Shown: positions 27,982-36,916 of the stretch, piece after piece
How the letters are laid out: every line of letters begins with the position of its first letter
Position numbering within the stretch: position 1 is the stretch's first letter
NCBI GenBank assembly: GCA_963711565.1
Contig: CAVQEQ010000004.1
Span: 832,001 to 896,000 of the forward strand
DNA from: an uncultured delta proteobacterium
Lineage (GTDB): Bacteria > Desulfobacterota > Binatia > Binatales > Binataceae
Direction of reading: 5' to 3'
Length of the DNA stretch: 64,000 bases
Position numbers and translations under genes: made by a program
The notes under the pieces: generated by a model
What the model was told of the DNA's origin: nothing
Database searches by the model: none
Seen by the model: only the letters and a program-made list of their open reading frames with translations

Positions 27982-30900
27982 TCACGCTTTGGCGCGACCG
28001 CGAGGCAGCCCGGGCGAGTGATCGATTTTGGCACGCGACTGCGTAGCCGGCTGGATGTCACTCGACACCGCAGCATCCGTGTCGGAGGTCAGCGGGAAAC
28101 TCTTGCGCCTGCCGGAAAGCGCGATTACCGCGCTGCGCATCAGGTCGGCGATATTGCGATAGGCTCCAGCGCCTTCGGAACTCTGTGCGATTTCACGAAG
28201 TTTGCTCGCGGCGATCACGCGACCGATGCGGACTTCCACCGGATGACGCCGCGGAACGAGGCTGCCCTTGCCGATCACGTCGTGAGTCCCGCGAATCAGC
28301 ACCGGCAACACGTCGCATCGGCTGCGCAGCGCCAGGAATCCAGCTCCGCTCTTGAATTCGTGAATCTCGCCGTCGGCCGAGCGCGTGCCCTCGGGAAACA
28401 TCAGGACGCTTCGCCCCTGCGCCAGCTCGGCGAGCGCGTCTTCGAGCGATTCGAGCTGCGCGCGTTCGCGATCGAACGGCATCATTGACGTAAAATTTGC
28501 TGCGAGAAAACGGCGCGCCGGCGTGTTAAAGAAATAATCCTTGGCGGCGAGCACGCGGATGTCGTCGCCAATCGCGCCGAGCGCGTAACCGACCAAGCTG
28601 AAATCGAGATGGCTCGAATGGTTCGCGACGACGATGAAGTTGCGATTGGCCGGGATGTTGCCGCGCCCGAGGATCTTCGGCTTCAGCCATCCTTCGAAAA
28701 TTGCGCGCTCGGCGCCGCGCACCGCGAAGCGGCCGAGCCACTCAAGCGGCGCCGGCAAGCGCACGGTGTAGGGTTCGGCGAACTTCGCGTAGGACGGCAT
28801 GCGCGGCCGTCCGTTGCCGCCCGGCTGGCTCGCGAGGAGTTGCAGGTCGGCGACGGTGCGCAGGTCCGCGAATTCCTCCGGCGCAATCTCGCGGCTTGCG
28901 CGCTGGCCGATCAGCTCGCCGATTTCCGCAAGTGCGAGCGAGTCGAGGCCCAGGTCCTCGATCAGCCGCGTCGCCGGCGTGATGTTGATCGGCTCGGTGG
29001 CAATTGACGTGAGCGCCTCGGCGAGCCAGGTCTCGACCTCGGAACTGGCGTTGTCGGTTTCCTTGTTTACATCGCTCGCGCGAACGTCAAGCATCCGCCG
29101 CAGTATCGCGGATACGTCGGTGCGTTTGATCTTGCGGGTGCGGGTGCGCGGTAGTTCGGCGTCGGTGAAGCGGAGGATCCGGATTCGCTTGTGCGCGCTG
29201 AGTTCGCGCGCCACCTTGTCGAAGTCGCTGCGCAAACGGTCTTCCACCGCGCGGCGGCTCTCTCCGCGCGCGTATGCGGGCACGACCAGCGCCGCGACCT
29301 GCTCGCCCTGGCCGACTTTCAGACCAACCACCGCCATCTCTTTCACAAATTCCGAACGACCGTAAATTTCTTCCAGCTCTTCGATGTAGATGTTGTTGCC
29401 GCCGGAATCGACGATGACTTCCTTCGCGCGGCCGACGATGTACAAACGTCCCTCGTCGTCAAAACGTCCGAGGTCTCCGGTGTGAAGCCATCCGTCGCGC
29501 AAAACCTCGGCGGTGGCGGCCTCGTTGCGATAGTAACCCGCCATCACGTTCGGCCCGTGCGCGACTATCTCGCCGATCGATCCCGTCGCGGGCGCGAGCT
29601 TGATCTCGACGCCGTTCAGTGGCCGTCCAACAGAACCGACTTGCAGCGGCTCGTCGGGTCGCGCAGTGGATAGCACCGGCGCGCCTTCAGTCAAGCCGTA
29701 ACCTTCGAGCAGCGGGATTCCGATGTCGTTGAAAAACTCGGCCACGCGATGAGGCAGCGCCGAACCGCCGCTGACGGCGAGCCGCAGCCGCCCGCCCAGC
29801 GCGGAATGAACCTGCCGAAAAACGATCGAGCCGAAGTTGAGACCCGAATTCGTGTCGAGCCGGCGATTGAGATCGCGCAGGTTGTCGAAGGCGGCATGAA
29901 AGAAAGGACCGCGCGCTTCGACTTCATCGACGATCCGCCGATGCACCGCCTCCCACACCGCCGGCACGCCAATCAGCGCGGTGGGGCGAACGTCGGCCAG
30001 CGTGCGCGAAAGCGTCTTCGCGTCGACCTCGAGCGGGTAGACGATAGTCGCGCCGCTAGCCAGCGGCAGCAGCATCCCGCAGGTAAACTCGAACGCGTGA
30101 TGCAGCGGGAGCAGCGACAACACAACGTCGTCGGCGCCAAGCACGAAGACTCGCGACAGCATCGCGATTTCGGCGGCGAAGTTGGCGTGCGACAACATCA
30201 CGCCCTTGGGCGTGCCGGTGCTGCCGGAGGTGAACAGTATCGACGCGAGCGCCTTTCGCTCGGGCGGCGCCGGGGGAGTCTTCGCGTCGCCACGCAAAAT
30301 AAACGGGCGCGCGAGTTCGGCGAGATCGAGCTCGATGAGTTTCGGGTGAGCGTCGCCAAGCGTCGAGCCGAGCCGTTTGTGAACTGCGTTCGAGCGCAAT
30401 ACGGCTGCCGGTTCAGCGATCTTCCAGATGGGCGCCAGCTCTTCGGCGGAAATCAGCTGGTCGAGCGGCACGGCGATCGCGCCGGCGCATAGAATCGCGA
30501 AGTAGCCGAGCACCCAATCGGGCGAGTTCTCGCCGATGAGAAGGACGCGATCGCCCGGTTTGATTCCGCGCGTCGCGAGCAGCAGCGCCGCGCGATGCGC
30601 CCGGTCGCGCAGCTCGCGATAGGTAATCTGCGTCTGCTCGCCTGACGGCCTCCGCGCGATCGTCGCGACTCGAGAGCCGTAGCGGTCGGCGGCGCGATCG
30701 AGCATATCGACGAGGCTGCGATGACGCGGCAGCGACTTTGCCCTACCGCGGGTGTGGAGATCGAGCTGCGGGAAGATATGGCGGCGCAGGCCCGGCAGGT
30801 GAATGTTGATCCAGTAGTCGTGCCAATCGATCAGGTCGGGACGGAACGGATGCCGCTCGGCGTCGGCCGGCTTGAGCGACGCGTAAAGCGCGCGAATGTT

Positions 30901-32346
30901 GCTCGCGTGAAAAGTATAGACGAGCTCCTGGATATACGGGCGATAGACCTCGACCAGCTCGCGCGCGAGGTCGGTGTTCTCCTTGAATTTATCGATGCTG
31001 CTTTCGATCTTCTTCGCGCGCTGATTTTCCTCGCCGACCACGCTGCGCGCGAACGCCGCCGCTTGTTTGAGAATATGCGGAAGCGTTTCGCTGGCGAGGT
31101 CGTAGGTGTTTTGCGACACGACGACCGCTTCCAGATGAGGCCCCAGCCAGCGCATCGTGCCGCCGTCCTTGCGATGCTCGCGGCGATTGCTGAGCGCGGT
31201 CAGCTCGACCAGCCGCCGCATCGGCAGCGGATTACGATCCGACGTGCATAGCTGGTAGATGGGCTTGTGCTTGCGCGACAGCAGTGCGCCGAGAATCGGA
31301 ATCATCGCGTGCGCGGCGAGATCGACCGGGATCACGTCGAGCACCAAGTCGGCCTTGGCGGGATAAAAGCGATAGCCGCGGCCCGCGAGATAAGTCAGCG
31401 GCGCGCTGGTGTTGACGCCCTGGTTCCATCCGGGGAACGGATCGCGCAGCGCGCTTTCTATAATCGCCGGGCGCACGACCGCAACGTTTAGCTTGTCACG
31501 ATGCGCCAGCACCAATTGTTCGCCGAGACTTTTGGTATAGCTGTAGGTATTCGGCCATCCCCAGGTCTGCGCGCGCTTGCAGCCAACGTCCTTGAGGCGT
31601 TCCTCGACCCATTGCTTGCGCCGATGTTCGATGGCGGATTCGCGCGGAGCGTCGGCATCGCCGTCGTGATCGTGGAACTCCGCATGACGCAGTTGATCGC
31701 GCGACTCGGCCTGCACACGCTGGATGGCTGCCAGCGCATCGCTAATCTCGCGCTCGAGGCGAAACGACTTGCGTCCACTGGGACTCCAGTTCTCGGGGAT
31801 GTCGTCTTCGTAGCGATGGCCGTCGGCACTGCCCGCGACGTAGCACGTTAACACATGCATCATCGCGGCGCCGAGTTTGCGGCAGAACTCGATCACGTTG
31901 GCCACGCCAGTCGTGTTGACCTCGATCGCTTTTTCCAGCGACGCCTCGAAGTTCACCAGCCCCGCGCTATGCACGACCGCGTCGAGGCTGCCCGGCTTGA
32001 ACGGCCTCGCTTCTTCGCCGAGCAGGCCGTCATTGGTGATGTCGCCGGGAACGACGACGACCTTATCTTCGATGTACCGATCGAACTTGTCGCCGAGATG
32101 TTCGCGCAGCGGCGCAAACACAGGCGAGTCCAGAATCTCGCGACGAAAGCGGCCGACACTGCTCCGCCGGTCGCCGCGAATCAGCAAATACACGCGCTCG
32201 ATTTCGGGATGCCATCGCAGCAGGACGGCGAGAAACACCTTGCCGAGAAATCCGGTCGAGCCTGTAAGCAGTATGCGACGGCCCTTGAGCACCTGCTCGA
32301 GTGCCGGCATACCAGCTCCGTTGCGCCTGCCGTTGCTACTCGACAT
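27982..32346 (-). CDS. elbD: ElbD-like multifunctional enzyme: fatty acyl reductase + acyl-CoA synthetase + ACP + PlsC-type acyltransferase
   Basis: TGSTGFLG and YSYTK (FAR); FTSGSTGTPKG, GYGLTE, TGDLG (AMP-binding); LGLDSL (ACP); NHSSHLD, FPEGTRS (AT). Confidence 0.88.
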   Translation of the reverse strand: MSSSNGRRNGAGMPALEQVLKGRRILLTGSTGFLGKVFLAVLLRWHPEIERVYLLIRGDRRSSVGRFRREILDSPVFAPLREHLGDKFDRYIEDKVVVVPGDITNDGLLGEEARPFKPGSLDAVVHSAGLVNFEASLEKAIEVNTTGVANVIEFCRKLGAAMMHVLTCYVAGSADGHRYEDDIPENWSPSGRKSFRLEREISDALAAIQRVQAESRDQLRHAEFHDHDGDADAPRESAIEHRRKQWVEERLKDVGCKRAQTWGWPNTYSYTKSLGEQLVLAHRDKLNVAVVRPAIIESALRDPFPGWNQGVNTSAPLTYLAGRGYRFYPAKADLVLDVIPVDLAAHAMIPILGALLSRKHKPIYQLCTSDRNPLPMRRLVELTALSNRREHRKDGGTMRWLGPHLEAVVVSQNTYDLASETLPHILKQAAAFARSVVGEENQRAKKIESSIDKFKENTDLARELVEVYRPYIQELVYTFHASNIRALYASLKPADAERHPFRPDLIDWHDYWINIHLPGLRRHIFPQLDLHTRGRAKSLPRHRSLVDMLDRAADRYGSRVATIARRPSGEQTQITYRELRDRAHRAALLLATRGIKPGDRVLLIGENSPDWVLGYFAILCAGAIAVPLDQLISAEELAPIWKIAEPAAVLRSNAVHKRLGSTLGDAHPKLIELDLAELARPFILRGDAKTPPAPPERKALASILFTSGSTGTPKGVMLSHANFAAEIAMLSRVFVLGADDVVLSLLPLHHAFEFTCGMLLPLASGATIVYPLEVDAKTLSRTLADVRPTALIGVPAVWEAVHRRIVDEVEARGPFFHAAFDNLRDLNRRLDTNSGLNFGSIVFRQVHSALGGRLRLAVSGGSALPHRVAEFFNDIGIPLLEGYGLTEGAPVLSTARPDEPLQVGSVGRPLNGVEIKLAPATGSIGEIVAHGPNVMAGYYRNEAATAEVLRDGWLHTGDLGRFDDEGRLYIVGRAKEVIVDSGGNNIYIEELEEIYGRSEFVKEMAVVGLKVGQGEQVAALVVPAYARGESRRAVEDRLRSDFDKVARELSAHKRIRILRFTDAELPRTRTRKIKRTDVSAILRRMLDVRASDVNKETDNASSEVETWLAEALTSIATEPINITPATRLIEDLGLDSLALAEIGELIGQRASREIAPEEFADLRTVADLQLLASQPGGNGRPRMPSYAKFAEPYTVRLPAPLEWLGRFAVRGAERAIFEGWLKPKILGRGNIPANRNFIVVANHSSHLDFSLVGYALGAIGDDIRVLAAKDYFFNTPARRFLAANFTSMMPFDRERAQLESLEDALAELAQGRSVLMFPEGTRSADGEIHEFKSGAGFLALRSRCDVLPVLIRGTHDVIGKGSLVPRRHPVEVRIGRVIAASKLREIAQSSEGAGAYRNIADLMRSAVIALSGRRKSFPLTSDTDAAVSSDIQPATQSRAKIDHSPGLPRGRAKA

Positions 32347-33976
32347 CCGCGATCACCAGCGGCGGCAGGTGCAGGTACGTTATCTCGGCCGAGCGTCCGA
32401 GCTCCAACGTCGCCATCGCGATCGCCTCGTCGAGCGTGTCCGCCGCTTCCCATCCAAGACGTGCGGCGACCTCCGGCTCTTCGCATCCCGCCGCGATCAC
32501 GCGCCCGACGTGCTGCCGCGCCGGCTCGCCCCAGTACCACATGTAGAACGGATGGACGCCGTGGTACGCGTTGCCGTAACGGTACATGTGGATATAAGTG
32601 GGGTTGCGCGCGAACTCACGCTCGAAATTTTTCTCGAGCTCGACGGCGTCGGTCGTCTCGGCGAGGCATCGATGGAAGAACTCGATGTAACTTGGATGAT
32701 GCTCGGGATGAAATTCGTCGCGCAGCGGATGACAGATGATCATCGTGCCGCCTTCGCGCACCAGCGGCTTGTTGCGATACATGTTGAACAGGTAGCCGAG
32801 ACCCGTGCACTGCACGAGGACCGGATTCATGATCGAGTTGACGTTGTACGGACAGATGTACGGCACGCCGACGATCAGAATGTCGGCCTGACCCTTCACC
32901 GGCACCGCGTACTGCTGGAAGACTCGCGCGAGCGCCTTCTGATGCACCGTCTCGGTGTCGCCCGCCCACACGCCGATCATGCCGTACGGCGCCGCGTAGT
33001 TGTGCAGCACGGTTCGCCGCATCTCGCTCGACATGTTGCGCATCGTCCACTGAAAGCCCTTCAGCCGCGTGCGATCCCAGTCGGTGAAGTGGTCTTCGTT
33101 CTTGTGCAGGAAGTCGAGCATCCCGCCGTACATCCGCGTGTTCACGGCGGTCTCGATCTGAAAAATCTTGACCGACTCGTGAATCAACTTGCCCATCCGA
33201 TCCGACGAGCGATGCAGCGCCGAGCGCGTCGGGTCCATGTACGAGTGCGAATCGCGCAGCGTGCCGACGTTGTGGTGATGGCGCAGGCTCTGGTACGGCG
33301 CGAGTCCGACGGCGACCGACTTGTGCCCGCCGTCCATCGGCACCAGGTTGATGTTCAGGTAGATGAGCAGGTCGGACTCGGCCGCGCGCCGCGAGAGCCA
33401 GACCTCCTCGCCATGCTCGGTCTTGCCCAACATCGCCAGCTCGGCGCGATTCTCCGCGTCGAAGTTGTACAGCCGGTCCGGCCAGTACTGTTTGAACGCG
33501 CGCTCGCCTACGACGCGGCGAATCTCGGCTTCCGTCATCCGCCGATGCAGCAACGTCGCGATCACCAGGTGAACGTCGTCAACTCCGTAATCGGCAAGCG
33601 TCTGCAGCACCTGATTGAGCAGGCGCTCGCGAATGTCAGGACGGCGCATCTGCGGCAGCGGCAGGCTGATGTCGTCGATCGCGATCGTCACGCGCATGTT
33701 GGGACTGAGCTGCGCGAACAGCGGATCCTGGTTCTCGGGATGGAGAATGGCGTAGCGAATCGCCTGGTCGGCGTCGGCGAGCGGATCGAGCGGCGGCGGC
33801 GGATAGATCACGCGCGTACCGACCGGCAGCTTCTCGAGCAGAAATTCCTCGCCGTACGGGATGATGCGGCGCTCCGAGCGCCGATTCAGCTTGACGACCA
33901 GCTCGCTGCGCGCGCCGACTTCGTGACGCAGCTCGGCGGTTTTCAGTTCCTTGAGTTTTGCTTCAGGCCGCGCCAT
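32336..33976 (-). CDS. Lactate racemase (LarA/DUF2088) domain protein
   Basis: TIAIDDISLP, LHRRMT, GGHKS; overlaps both neighbours. Confidence 0.8.
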   Translation of the reverse strand: MARPEAKLKELKTAELRHEVGARSELVVKLNRRSERRIIPYGEEFLLEKLPVGTRVIYPPPPLDPLADADQAIRYAILHPENQDPLFAQLSPNMRVTIAIDDISLPLPQMRRPDIRERLLNQVLQTLADYGVDDVHLVIATLLHRRMTEAEIRRVVGERAFKQYWPDRLYNFDAENRAELAMLGKTEHGEEVWLSRRAAESDLLIYLNINLVPMDGGHKSVAVGLAPYQSLRHHHNVGTLRDSHSYMDPTRSALHRSSDRMGKLIHESVKIFQIETAVNTRMYGGMLDFLHKNEDHFTDWDRTRLKGFQWTMRNMSSEMRRTVLHNYAAPYGMIGVWAGDTETVHQKALARVFQQYAVPVKGQADILIVGVPYICPYNVNSIMNPVLVQCTGLGYLFNMYRNKPLVREGGTMIICHPLRDEFHPEHHPSYIEFFHRCLAETTDAVELEKNFEREFARNPTYIHMYRYGNAYHGVHPFYMWYWGEPARQHVGRVIAAGCEEPEVAARLGWEAADTLDEAIAMATLELGRSAEITYLHLPPLVIADVE

Positions 33977-34784
33977 CCGAGCCTCGCGTTGAACGTTCGT
34001 TGTCGTGGTTGAGTTCCAGGTTGTTGTCGAAATCTTCGGGCTGCTTTGAATCCGCGGCCTTCTCGAAATGGAGCACAGGCCACTGCCGGCTTAGCGCGGC
34101 CGCGCGCAATCGGCGATCGGGGTTGACGGCGACAGGATGCCCGAGCGCCGCAAGAAACGCGATGTCGTAGTGCGAGTCGGCGTAACCCCAGCAATCCGCA
34201 AGATCGATGTTGCGCTCGGCAGCGTAGTCCGAGCACCAGACGGCCTTTTCGTCGCCCGCCATCACAGGCTCCGCCAGCCGGCCCGTCGCGCGGCCGCGGC
34301 TGAAGACAAATCGGTTCGCCGCGAAATCCGCGATCCCAAGATGACGCGCGAGTGGCGCCACGATGAAGTCCGGCGAGCCTGTTACGAGCACCGGCTCGAT
34401 TCCGGCCTCGCGATTCGCCTCGATCAATTCCACCGCGCGCGGAAAAAGATGTCCGACGAGGATGCGCCCGCAATATTCCTCGCCGAGCGAGAACAGGCGG
34501 TCGCGCGAGACGCCCTTGAAGGCCTCGAACAGCACGGTGTTCAGCAGCCGGCGGTCGCGCTGCTCCGCGATGTACAAGCGCGGGATTCGCGCGGCGAATC
34601 CGAGCAGGTACGACACGCGCCCGGTCCATTCGCCGACGTTGGCGAGCGTGAAAATTGCCGCATGCACCAGGTTCAGATCGACCAGCGTCCCGTCCAGATC
34701 GTAAAATGCCGCCCGGCGCTTCCGGGGCCTGGAAGCCTTGGGCGCGTGGCCGTTGGACGTTTTCTTATGACTGTAAACTGACAT
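33963..34784 (-). CDS. HAD-IB family phosphatase
   Basis: FYDLDGTL, VTGS, K, YADSHYD, VAVNPD. Confidence 0.92.
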   Translation of the reverse strand: MSVYSHKKTSNGHAPKASRPRKRRAAFYDLDGTLVDLNLVHAAIFTLANVGEWTGRVSYLLGFAARIPRLYIAEQRDRRLLNTVLFEAFKGVSRDRLFSLGEEYCGRILVGHLFPRAVELIEANREAGIEPVLVTGSPDFIVAPLARHLGIADFAANRFVFSRGRATGRLAEPVMAGDEKAVWCSDYAAERNIDLADCWGYADSHYDIAFLAALGHPVAVNPDRRLRAAALSRQWPVLHFEKAADSKQPEDFDNNLELNHDNERSTRGSDGAA

Positions 34785-34785
34785 G

Positions 34786-35454
34786 TCAGTCTAGTTTGGG
34801 CCCAAAAAAAGAGCTCTCCCTCGAACTTGCTTCACCTGCGACTTCGCCTCGCGCGCGCACGAATTTCAACAGCTCGGGACGCGCCACGCCGCTCAGCCCG
34901 AAGGCCAGTATTTCCTCGACCAGCGCCGACGGATCGGCATCGGGACTGCGCGAGAGCATCCCGATAACTTCTTTGATGCCGCCGAGGATCGCATACGACA
35001 CCGCGCGCGTATCCGAGACGCGTACCAGGTTCATCTCGATTCCGAGATCGAGCGACCGTTTGATCAGCGCCGCGATCCGATCGTAGAAATCCTGGATCTT
35101 GTCGTCGAGCTCGTGGTCGAAGCCGGTCGAATGGTTGAGCAGAATGTCGGTGAGTTCGCGCTCCGCCAGCGCGTAGCTCAGCACCCGCATCAGGTTCGCG
35201 CGCAGTTGATCCACGGGGTCGGGCTCTCCCGGTCCCGGCCGCAGCCGCTCAACCCTCCGCGTCAACTCGCTGAGCGCCTGCTCGAGCAATTCCTCGAACA
35301 GGTCCTTCTTGTTCTGGAAGTAGAGATAGAACGTGCCACGCGCGATGCGGGCGCGGGCAATGATGTCCGCGACATTGGTCCTGTGATATCCCTTGCGAGC
35401 GAAGATGCGCTTGGCGTGGCGCAGCACCTGCGCGCGTCGGGCTTGGCGTTCCAT
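34786..35454 (-). CDS. TetR/AcrR family regulator
   Basis: FARKGYHRT, IARGTFYLYF; ATG 35454 after GGAGA. Confidence 0.93.
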   Translation of the reverse strand: MERQARRAQVLRHAKRIFARKGYHRTNVADIIARARIARGTFYLYFQNKKDLFEELLEQALSELTRRVERLRPGPGEPDPVDQLRANLMRVLSYALAERELTDILLNHSTGFDHELDDKIQDFYDRIAALIKRSLDLGIEMNLVRVSDTRAVSYAILGGIKEVIGMLSRSPDADPSALVEEILAFGLSGVARPELLKFVRARGEVAGEASSRESSFFGPKLD

Positions 35455-35520
35455 CGCGATTCTCCGTGCGGAACTTTCACCGTAGTTCGGGATACCACGC
35501 AGTGTCAAATCCGGGACGAG

Positions 35521-35598
35521 GAAGGGTAAATCACTTTATTGAATGTGGAACCCGCCGTGGGTTCCACACCTCCTTGGGCAGGGGTGACCCCTGCACCC
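35521..35598. repeat. 78-bp dispersed two-hairpin repeat, copy A
   Basis: Colinear match to 56039-56116. Confidence 0.85.
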
Positions 35599-35608
35599 GG
35601 TAGCAATC

Positions 35609-35632
35609 GCAAAAGGCGCGGACGCCTTTTGC
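35609..35632. terminator. Bidirectional terminator-like hairpin
   Basis: GCAAAAGGCG-CGGA-CGCCTTTTGC. Confidence 0.55.
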
Positions 35633-35667
35633 TCTCAGGTTCTTTTTGCTGAGTCATTCAATTTTTG

Positions 35668-35694
35668 TGTCATTCAGAGCGAAGCGAAGAATCC
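35668..35694 (+). repeat. Single REP-like unit of the TGTCATYCNGA family
   Basis: TGTCATTCAGAGCGAAGCGAAGAATCC, related to the 724/781 units. Confidence 0.6.
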
Positions 35695-35779
35695 CGGCTC
35701 CTTCTTACTTCCAAGCGGCGCTAGCATTCGAGACTGATAGGGTGGAAACGTGTTACGACAGTGCTTTGGAGGAAATCAT

Positions 35780-36232
35780 ATGAGCGATTCACATTTCTGG
35801 GACAAGGTCCACGCCGCCGCGGCCAAAGCGACATGGGCATACCTCGCGACCGCAAACGGAGCCCAGCCCAAGGTCCGCGTCGTCCATCCCGCCTTCGAGG
35901 GCGATCGCGTCTGGGTCGCGACGGGACGCGAATCGGCCAAGGCTCGGCATATCGATAAGAACGCCAAGGTCGAGCTGTTCTATCAAATCGGCGCCGAGAT
36001 GGTTCATCTGACCGTCACAGGCAAGGCGAAATTTGTGGAAGACGTTGCGGAGAAGAAACGAATCTGGAACGGCAAGGTCTTCGACTACGATCTCTCGCAG
36101 TTCTGGCCGGGCGGGCCTGAGTCGAAGGACTTCGGCTTGATGCTGATCACGCCGGACCGCGTCGAGCTGACCTCGCTGCCCGAAATGACAACCGGCAAGA
36201 AGCCCGAAGTGTGGCGCGCGCCGAGGAAGTAG
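35780..36232 (+). CDS. Pyridoxamine 5'-phosphate oxidase-like (split-barrel flavin-binding) protein
   Basis: YLAT, P.VR, S.KARHI..N.KVEL; GGAGG RBS. Confidence 0.88.
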   Translation: MSDSHFWDKVHAAAAKATWAYLATANGAQPKVRVVHPAFEGDRVWVATGRESAKARHIDKNAKVELFYQIGAEMVHLTVTGKAKFVEDVAEKKRIWNGKVFDYDLSQFWPGGPESKDFGLMLITPDRVELTSLPEMTTGKKPEVWRAPRK

Positions 36233-36270
36233 CTCCTGGAGAGAGGTAGCTCTTATAAATTGGGGGTTCT

Positions 36271-36302
36271 CCTTCCCTCGAGGGAAGGGGTTAGGGGTTA
36301 GG
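36271..36302 (+). repeat. REP-like palindrome with G-rich tail between convergent genes
   Basis: CCTTCCCTCGAGGGAAGG followed by GGTTAGGGGTTAGG. Confidence 0.6.
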
Positions 36303-36332
36303 TTGACTGCGGATCACCTGCGGATTCGGATT

Positions 36333-36833
36333 TCATCCGCGGACGCGTTCGCGCGCGAAGATTGCGCGCTCTTCGGCGGTCATCTTCTCGCGGATGCGCG
36401 AGCCTTTCCCTAGATGCCGATATTCGCCGCCTTCTGAGAAATATTCTTCGTACGGCTGCGCCGGGATTGGCTCTGGCGGCGGCGTGTCGGTGATTTTTAC
36501 GTCGAGCACTTCCTCGACGAGCTTAGTGTCGTACATCCTGACCGCGTCGTAGTCCGTCAGCAGCGCGCATACTTCGACGCAGATGTAACACCCGATGCAT
36601 TCCTGGAAGCGATCCTGCACCGGCTGCACGCCGCGTCCCGGGACCGAGCCGGGCGACAGATACTCGATGCATTGCACGGGGCAGAACTCGGGACACTTGC
36701 CGCACGGGAAGCACAGGTTCACGTCCATGAACGCGACTTCGCGCGGACGCTTTTTCTTTTGTCCGACTTCTTCCGGAGTCTCGGGGATACGGTCTTCCTT
36801 GAGCCGGCGCTTGATGATGTCGATGGCGCTCAT
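36333..36833 (-). CDS. 2x[4Fe-4S] dicluster ferredoxin-domain protein
   Basis: CFPCGKCPEFCP and CIGCYICVEVC. Confidence 0.9.
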   Translation of the reverse strand: MSAIDIIKRRLKEDRIPETPEEVGQKKKRPREVAFMDVNLCFPCGKCPEFCPVQCIEYLSPGSVPGRGVQPVQDRFQECIGCYICVEVCALLTDYDAVRMYDTKLVEEVLDVKITDTPPPEPIPAQPYEEYFSEGGEYRHLGKGSRIREKMTAEERAIFARERVRG

Positions 36834-36916
36834 ACTTCTATAGTCACGCCATTTCAGCGCGCCCGGTCAAGCGCTGGACTGCCAGGGCTGGTCGCCGCTC
36901 GCTGTCGTCGATGCGC

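Noticed and set aside
31877-34012. 711-aa plus-strand ORF
   Set aside because: Antisense shadow of the LarA-domain and ElbD-like genes, typical of high-GC codon bias
36289-36302. Telomere-like GGTTAGGGGTTAGG
   Set aside because: Only two units and part of a REP-like tail; no sign of a linear end
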